24,196 bases of DNA from an uncultured Selenomonadales bacterium (GTDB lineage Bacteria; Bacillota; Negativicutes; Selenomonadales; Selenomonadaceae): assembly GCA_946403735.1 (NCBI GenBank), contig CAMJAZ010000001.1, positions 1 to 24,196 of the forward strand, in the 5' to 3' direction. Position 1 is the stretch's first letter. Every line of letters starts with the position of its first letter. Positions 19,401 through 24,196 of this stretch are shown here, piece after piece. A model generated the notes under the pieces. That model was not told the DNA's origin. It worked only from the letters and a program-made list of their open reading frames with translations, and did no database searches. The position numbers and the translations under genes were made by a program.

Positions 19401-21748
19401 CTATCGACACGGGTAGCACGGCAACATTTATAAGAGCCGTAGGAAATAAGGCTAAAACTCTTGAGACGCGCAGTTCAAGCGGCGACGTTTTACCCAATGG
19501 CGTATTCTTAACGAATAAATCTATAAACGGCGTATTTGGCACAGAAACTAGGTTAGTCACTTCAAGCGGCTGGACGCCTTCTTCTATTTCAACAAGCACA
19601 GATTATCATGGATTTTTATGGGCAAATAAGACCGTCACTTATCGTTGGACAGAAACTCAAGGGCGATCCAACACGACAAATTACTATATCCCAGCTGATA
19701 AAAATATTCGCACGAGCTTTATTACTGGCGACGGAAATATCAACGTTACAAGCGGCGGCAACCTTTACATAAACGGCAACATTCAAAACGCTGGTGCAGG
19801 ACGTTCCTTCGGCGCAGTCAATTTAACTTCAACAAACGGCGAAATTGCAACCAGCAATGATAAACGAATCATTACGGACGAAATCAGCTTAAATGCGGCT
19901 CAAGGCATTAACATTATGCATAACGGCATTTCTGATTTGTCAAGGTTGAACGCGACTACAAATTCAGGCAACATTGCAATAGAATCTACAAGCGGCTTGC
20001 GAATTGGAAATATAACTACAAATAACGGCAATGTTGATATACACGCCTACAGAGATATTGTTGGAGTTGACAGAAACAATTTAATCTCGGCGCAACGAAT
20101 TGATTTAACGTCGACAACTGGAAGTATAGGTACGTCAAGCTCTCCAATAAATGTCAACGTCATTGAAGGCGATATGCCAAACGGCGACACCATGTCCCGC
20201 AGTCTTAACGCGAAATCTAACGGCAACATTTATCTTGAAGAAACTGAAGGCGATATGCGGATAGGTTACATTGAAAGTAAGACGGGCGATGTTGAACTTA
20301 CTTCGCCTGGCAAAATTATTGACGTAACCAACCAGGAGTACACCTTATCAGATAGCGATGATAAAGTTCAAAATTGGATTGACTTGGGAATTATCAACGG
20401 CGACGCGGCGGCAGATTCAAGCGCGGAAATTGCTACAACTGAAAAGCAAAGTTTAATTACTTCCATTGAACAACGCGCCCGTGCATTAGCTGAAGGTTCA
20501 GAAGAACGCCTTGCCGAATATCTGCAAATGGCAAACGCCTTTGCAAAATCTCGTGAAATGCAAAATGCAAAATTTTTCTATACCCACTACGTAAGCACGG
20601 CGAAAGATGATGCGGCGCGTGCATCAGCGCAGAGGGACTATGACAGAAGAATTAAAGCATTTTTCAATGGCATGGGCTTTTCAACAGATGAAATTTCTAT
20701 AATTGTTGCTTACTCTGGCATCAAAGATTCTAACGCCTTCGGGTTCAGCAAGAATCAGTTGCTTTACGCGATTAACGACAGCATTTTGAACAGCCCAGCA
20801 GGACAAACTGTTAATGTTGAGACGCCGAACATTATCGCAAACAATCTCAAAATTTCTGCTGCTGGTGGTATTGGCGATGATGATACAACGCCTACCGTCA
20901 TTAACGCCGCAGATTTAACCAACGTTGAGAACTTGAAAATTTTGTCGAATGTCAAAGCTGGCGATTTGACTTGGAGTAACAATAAAGACACTGTCACGAT
21001 TAAACGCCAAAATCCTGTTTCAATTCAACTGCGCAATAACGGCGAAAATACTGGCGGCAACCTTGAAATTGATTCTGGCAAGCATACATACCTTGTCGGT
21101 GCTAACAACACGACTTTCAATTTCAAAAATTCTTTAGGCAACAGAGATTATGATCCGCGTTGGGGCATCACCACTGATTACAATGTACGATTGATGACGG
21201 ATAACGGAATTAAATTCAACGATAGCAATAACCGTATAACTGCAAAAGATGTCATTTTGTACGGCGGCACTGGCAATATCGGCGGTAAAAGATCAAGTGA
21301 AAGTATGGGATTGGATATGACAGGGACGCTTGAGTCAAATTCAGCAAAATCAGTCTATTTGCACGGCGAACGAAGTTATCCGCTGACAATTCAAGCTATA
21401 ACGGCAGGTGAAAATATTGGTATAGTCGGCGATAACTCAATAATGATGAGTACGGAAACTGGCAAGGATACGGGAAGACTTACGGGCGCTGGCATTAACA
21501 TAAGAGCCGAAAAAAATATTGGTGTCGTAGGAAACGGCTTGCGCATAACCAACAACGGCGCTAACTTGACTTTGTACACAAACGCTGGTGATGTTTTTGT
21601 TCATGGTATCGGAAGTGGAAGTTTAAATTTCAGAAGCATTAGTACTCACAACTATAAATTTGGCTTTATAACTGACGGAACGGCAACTGGTTTGAACTCA
21701 AAATTCTACAATCTTGAAAATCTTAGACGAATTTACTACGGGCAATAA
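7495..21748 (+). pseudogene. Giant TpsA exoprotein, leukotoxin LktA-type filamentous adhesin/haemagglutinin (~4750 aa when repaired), disrupted
   Basis: RBS GGAGGT (7481-7486), signal peptide ending ...AAPAIVNA, TPS-like domain (AINQFSKFDL...LVNFVDSQANINGIVN...GGNLYFISSEGIAVGSSGVINAG), and many Gly/Ala/Ser/Asn beta-helical repeats (GAAVGVSVS.N.I type). ORF pieces 7495-9024, 9037-9717, 9739-14778 and 14827-16047 share one frame, separated by TAA at 9022, 9715 and 14776. Piece 16028-21748 joins via a +1 G in GGG at 16036-16038. Confidence 0.9.
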
Positions 21749-21819
21749 TTTTCGTTAAGTCGCAACTGTTGCAAAGATTTAAACGTTTGACCTAAAAATT
21801 TTTCCCTTCCTCAACGTAT

Positions 21820-21864
21820 AAAAAAACCTAAGACAAAGTTTAATCTATGTCTTAGGTTTTTTTT
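21820..21864. terminator. Bidirectional intrinsic terminator between the convergent tpsA and metH
   Basis: Perfect inverted repeat aaaaaaacctaagaca (21820-21835) / tgtcttaggttttttt (21848-21863), 12-nt loop, with A and T tracts on the two sides. Confidence 0.85.
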
Positions 21865-21888
21865 ATATAAAGAAGTATCGTTTAAAAT

Positions 21889-22080
21889 TTATTTTTTATA
21901 GAAAGTGGAAACAACAAGTGTATCTTGAATAAATGAACTATTTGTCGTTGAATTTTCAATTTGCCCAACAGAATAATTTGTTTCAGTGACGTTAAAAATT
22001 TCATCAAGTTCAAGTTCGTCCGTCACAAAGTTGCTGTCATACAAAAGGTAATAGTTTGTCCTTTGCCGCCAGTAATGCAA
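21889..22080 (-). pseudogene. Small ORF, possibly the orphan C-terminal remnant of a large secreted protein
   Basis: 63 codons starting directly after the metH stop, with no RBS. Acidic Asn/Ser/Thr-rich sequence LYDSNFVTDELELDEIFNVTETNYSVGQIEN...TFYKK with gene-like codon use, ending just before the terminator. Confidence 0.35.
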
Positions 22081-24196
22081 TTACGACAATAATTTTTTTG
22101 CAAGTTTGACAGCTGCAACGCCGTCTTTTGCGTAAGCATCAGCGCCGGCGGAATCGGCGTATTCTTGAGTTAAAGCCGCGCCGCCGACCATAACTTTTGC
22201 TGTTGAACCTGCCGACTTCAATTCAGCGATAACTTTATCAATTTGAATCATCGTTGTCGTCATCAACGCGCAAAGTCCGACAATATCCGCGTCATTTTCA
22301 ATCGCCGCACGTACAATTTCTGCCGAGTCAACATCTTTTCCCAAGTCAATCAATTTAAAGCCGCTATTTTCAATCAACGCGCCGACAATATTTTTGCCCA
22401 AGTCGTGAACGTCACCTTTCACCGTCGCAATTACAAAAGTTCCCTGCGTCGACGTTTCTTGATTCGGAAAAAGTTTTTTCAATTCGTCGAAGGCAATTTT
22501 CATCGTTTCTGCTGAAAGTAAAACTTGCGGCAAAAAAATTTTCCCAGCGCCAAAATCTTCGCCCAAATCATTCATCGCGGCAGTTAAAGCTTTTTCAGTA
22601 ATTTCATTCGCGTCGTGACCTTCATTAATTGCTTGCTTAATCTGCGCGGCAACTTCATCTTTCGCACCAGTCATCACGGAATTTTTAATTGCCGTAATAA
22701 TATTTTCGCTGACCGTGACTGATAAATTTTCATTCCGAATTACGCATTGCGAATTACTCATTGAATAAGCTAACCCATTAGCATCGTGACCTAAAAGCGC
22801 GGCGCTTGCCTTCAAAACATTTTGCATTGGCTCACTGTAAGGATTCATAATCGGCGCGTCAAGTCCTGCGGCAAGGCACATTGCAAAGAAAGTTGAATTT
22901 ATCAGCGGACGATTAGGCAAGCCGAATGAAATGTTACTCAAACCGATTGTCGACGGGTAGCCAAATTTTTCACGGTAAAATTTCAACGTCTTTAAAACTT
23001 CGTGGCAAGCGTCTTTTTCAGCGGAAATTGTCATAACCAATCCGTCCAATAAAAAGTCGCCGTCACGCAGTCCAAACTTTTTAGCGGCGTCAATAATTTT
23101 ACCTGCAACTTCGACGCGCTCTTCAGCAGTCTTCGGTACGCCTTTTTCAGTCACGGGCAAAATTAAAATTGCCGCGCCGTACTTTTTAGCAAGCGGTAAA
23201 AATTTTTCCAGCCGCGCAGGTTCATAGCTAACGGAATTTATAAGCGCACGTCCAGGAAAATTTTTAAGTGCAACTTCAAGCGCTTTTTCATTGCCCGTAT
23301 CAATGGCAAGTGGCGCATCAGTAATTTGTGAAATTTCTTGCACGGCTTTTTTCATCATCGCAACTTCATCAATGCCGCCGACGCCCATATTAACATCAAG
23401 AATTTGCGCACCAGCTTTAACTTGATTGACGGCATCTTTTTTTACGCCGAGAAGTGAACCTTCGCGAATTTCAGCGGCAAGTTTTTTTCTGCCAGTAGGA
23501 TTAATTCTTTCACCGATTAAAACGGTAGGCAAATTTTTATCAATCGTGACAGTTTTACTACGACTAGCAAGCGTCAATCTGCGCGGAAAATTTTCATTAC
23601 GAATTACGCATTGCGAATTACGAATTGAATCAGCAAGCGCTTTAATATGAGCAGGAGTCGTGCCGCAACAACCGCCGATAAAAGTTGCGCCAGCCTCTAC
23701 AAGTTTTGCGCCATAACTGCCGAAAGTTTCAGCGTCCATAGGAAATTTTGTCACGCCGTCTTCAAGGTACGGCATTCCAGCGTTTGGTTGAACGCTAATG
23801 GGTACGCTGGAATTTTCCGCCAAAATTTTCACGATTGGAACTAACTGCGCGGGACCAAGTGAACAATTTACGCCAATAACCGACGCACCCATTGCATCTA
23901 AAATTACGGCGGCAGTTTTCGCATCAGTACCCGTGACAGTTCGTCCGCCTTCGCTGTAGGAAAGTTGACAAATTACGGGCAAGTTGCAAACATCGTGGCA
24001 AGCTAAAAGCGCCGCCCGCATTTCTTGAATATCAATGCACGTTTCGACGATTAAATAATCTGCGCCAGCGTCAGCTAAACTTTCAGCTTGTTCACGAAAA
24101 ATTTTGTAGGCGTCTTCAAAATCTAAATCGCCCAGCGGATAAATAAATTTACCAGTTGGACCGATTGAACCAGCAACTTTAACTTGTGAACCAGCG
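22081..24196 (-). CDS. metH: Cobalamin-dependent methionine synthase (homocysteine-binding, pterin-binding, cap and B12-binding domains), 5'-partial, no C-terminal AdoMet reactivation domain
   Basis: The frame is open from the window end (AGSQVKVAGSIGPTG...ETCIDIQEMRAA). Zn ligands GVNCS and GGCCGT, IGERINPTGRK, B12 motif ATVKGDVHDLGKNIV...GLCALMTTT...VMVGGA. The protein ends at KKLLS*. Confidence 0.93.
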   Translation of the reverse strand, partial: AGSQVKVAGSIGPTGKFIYPLGDLDFEDAYKIFREQAESLADAGADYLIVETCIDIQEMRAALLACHDVCNLPVICQLSYSEGGRTVTGTDAKTAAVILDAMGASVIGVNCSLGPAQLVPIVKILAENSSVPISVQPNAGMPYLEDGVTKFPMDAETFGSYGAKLVEAGATFIGGCCGTTPAHIKALADSIRNSQCVIRNENFPRRLTLASRSKTVTIDKNLPTVLIGERINPTGRKKLAAEIREGSLLGVKKDAVNQVKAGAQILDVNMGVGGIDEVAMMKKAVQEISQITDAPLAIDTGNEKALEVALKNFPGRALINSVSYEPARLEKFLPLAKKYGAAILILPVTEKGVPKTAEERVEVAGKIIDAAKKFGLRDGDFLLDGLVMTISAEKDACHEVLKTLKFYREKFGYPSTIGLSNISFGLPNRPLINSTFFAMCLAAGLDAPIMNPYSEPMQNVLKASAALLGHDANGLAYSMSNSQCVIRNENLSVTVSENIITAIKNSVMTGAKDEVAAQIKQAINEGHDANEITEKALTAAMNDLGEDFGAGKIFLPQVLLSAETMKIAFDELKKLFPNQETSTQGTFVIATVKGDVHDLGKNIVGALIENSGFKLIDLGKDVDSAEIVRAAIENDADIVGLCALMTTTMIQIDKVIAELKSAGSTAKVMVGGAALTQEYADSAGADAYAKDGVAAVKLAKKLLS
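22724..22764. repeat. Heptamer tandem repeat (GAATTAC-like x5), copy 1, in the MetH pterin-to-cap linker
   Basis: tcattcc gaattac gcattgc gaattac tcattga (22730-22764); encodes MSNSQCVIRNEN on the minus strand. Confidence 0.8.
23588..23628. repeat. Heptamer tandem repeat (GAATTAC-like x5), copy 2, in the MetH Hcy-to-pterin linker
   Basis: tcattac gaattac gcattgc gaattac gaattga (23594-23628). Positions 23588-23621 match 22724-22757 at 33 of 34 nt. Confidence 0.8.

Noticed and set aside
7452-21579. Numerous minus-strand and alternate-frame ORFs overlapping tpsA, plus similar ones over the esterase, tpsB and metH
   Set aside because: These are shadow ORFs expected from the biased codon use of the real genes. 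They have no RBS or domain signatures.
21300-21870. CDI (CdiA-CT/CdiI) polymorphic toxin system
   Set aside because: No VENN or pretoxin motif and no recognisable toxin domain at the C-terminus. A terminator, not an immunity gene, follows tpsA.
1-24196. CRISPR array, tRNA or rRNA genes
   Set aside because: No regularly spaced repeat-spacer array, cloverleaf or rRNA-like sequence was seen. The only repeats are short tandem units and degenerate protein repeats.

Overview
AT-rich window that looks like a diderm Firmicute (Negativicutes/Selenomonadaceae-like; inferred from an outer-membrane Omp85/TpsB gene sitting beside Firmicute-type genes). Left flank: the 3' end of a YtcJ-like amidohydrolase, a 2-TM hypothetical protein and an intact type-B carboxylesterase. 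From 2.6 to 5.3 kb there is a cluster of mobile-element scars: an IS3-family remnant, an internally deleted IS200/IS605 (tnpB) element, the C-terminal stub of a tyrosine integrase, and a 399-bp ORF-less IS200/IS605 derivative that keeps its promoter, a structured RNA and both ends. Among these scars lies an orphan Nif11-leader RiPP/bacteriocin precursor with an in-frame UGA just after the double-Gly site. From 5.4 to 21.7 kb is a tightly linked three-gene operon: a YbjN/T3SS-chaperone-like small protein, a TpsB transporter and a giant (~4750 aa) leukotoxin-LktA-type TpsA. The operon carries 8 single-base lesions (4 in-frame TAA, 4 frameshifts). After a bidirectional terminator the window ends in a convergent B12-dependent methionine synthase that lacks the reactivation domain and has heptamer-repeat insertions in two interdomain linkers. 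All calls come from reading the sequence; no database searches or folding programs were run.
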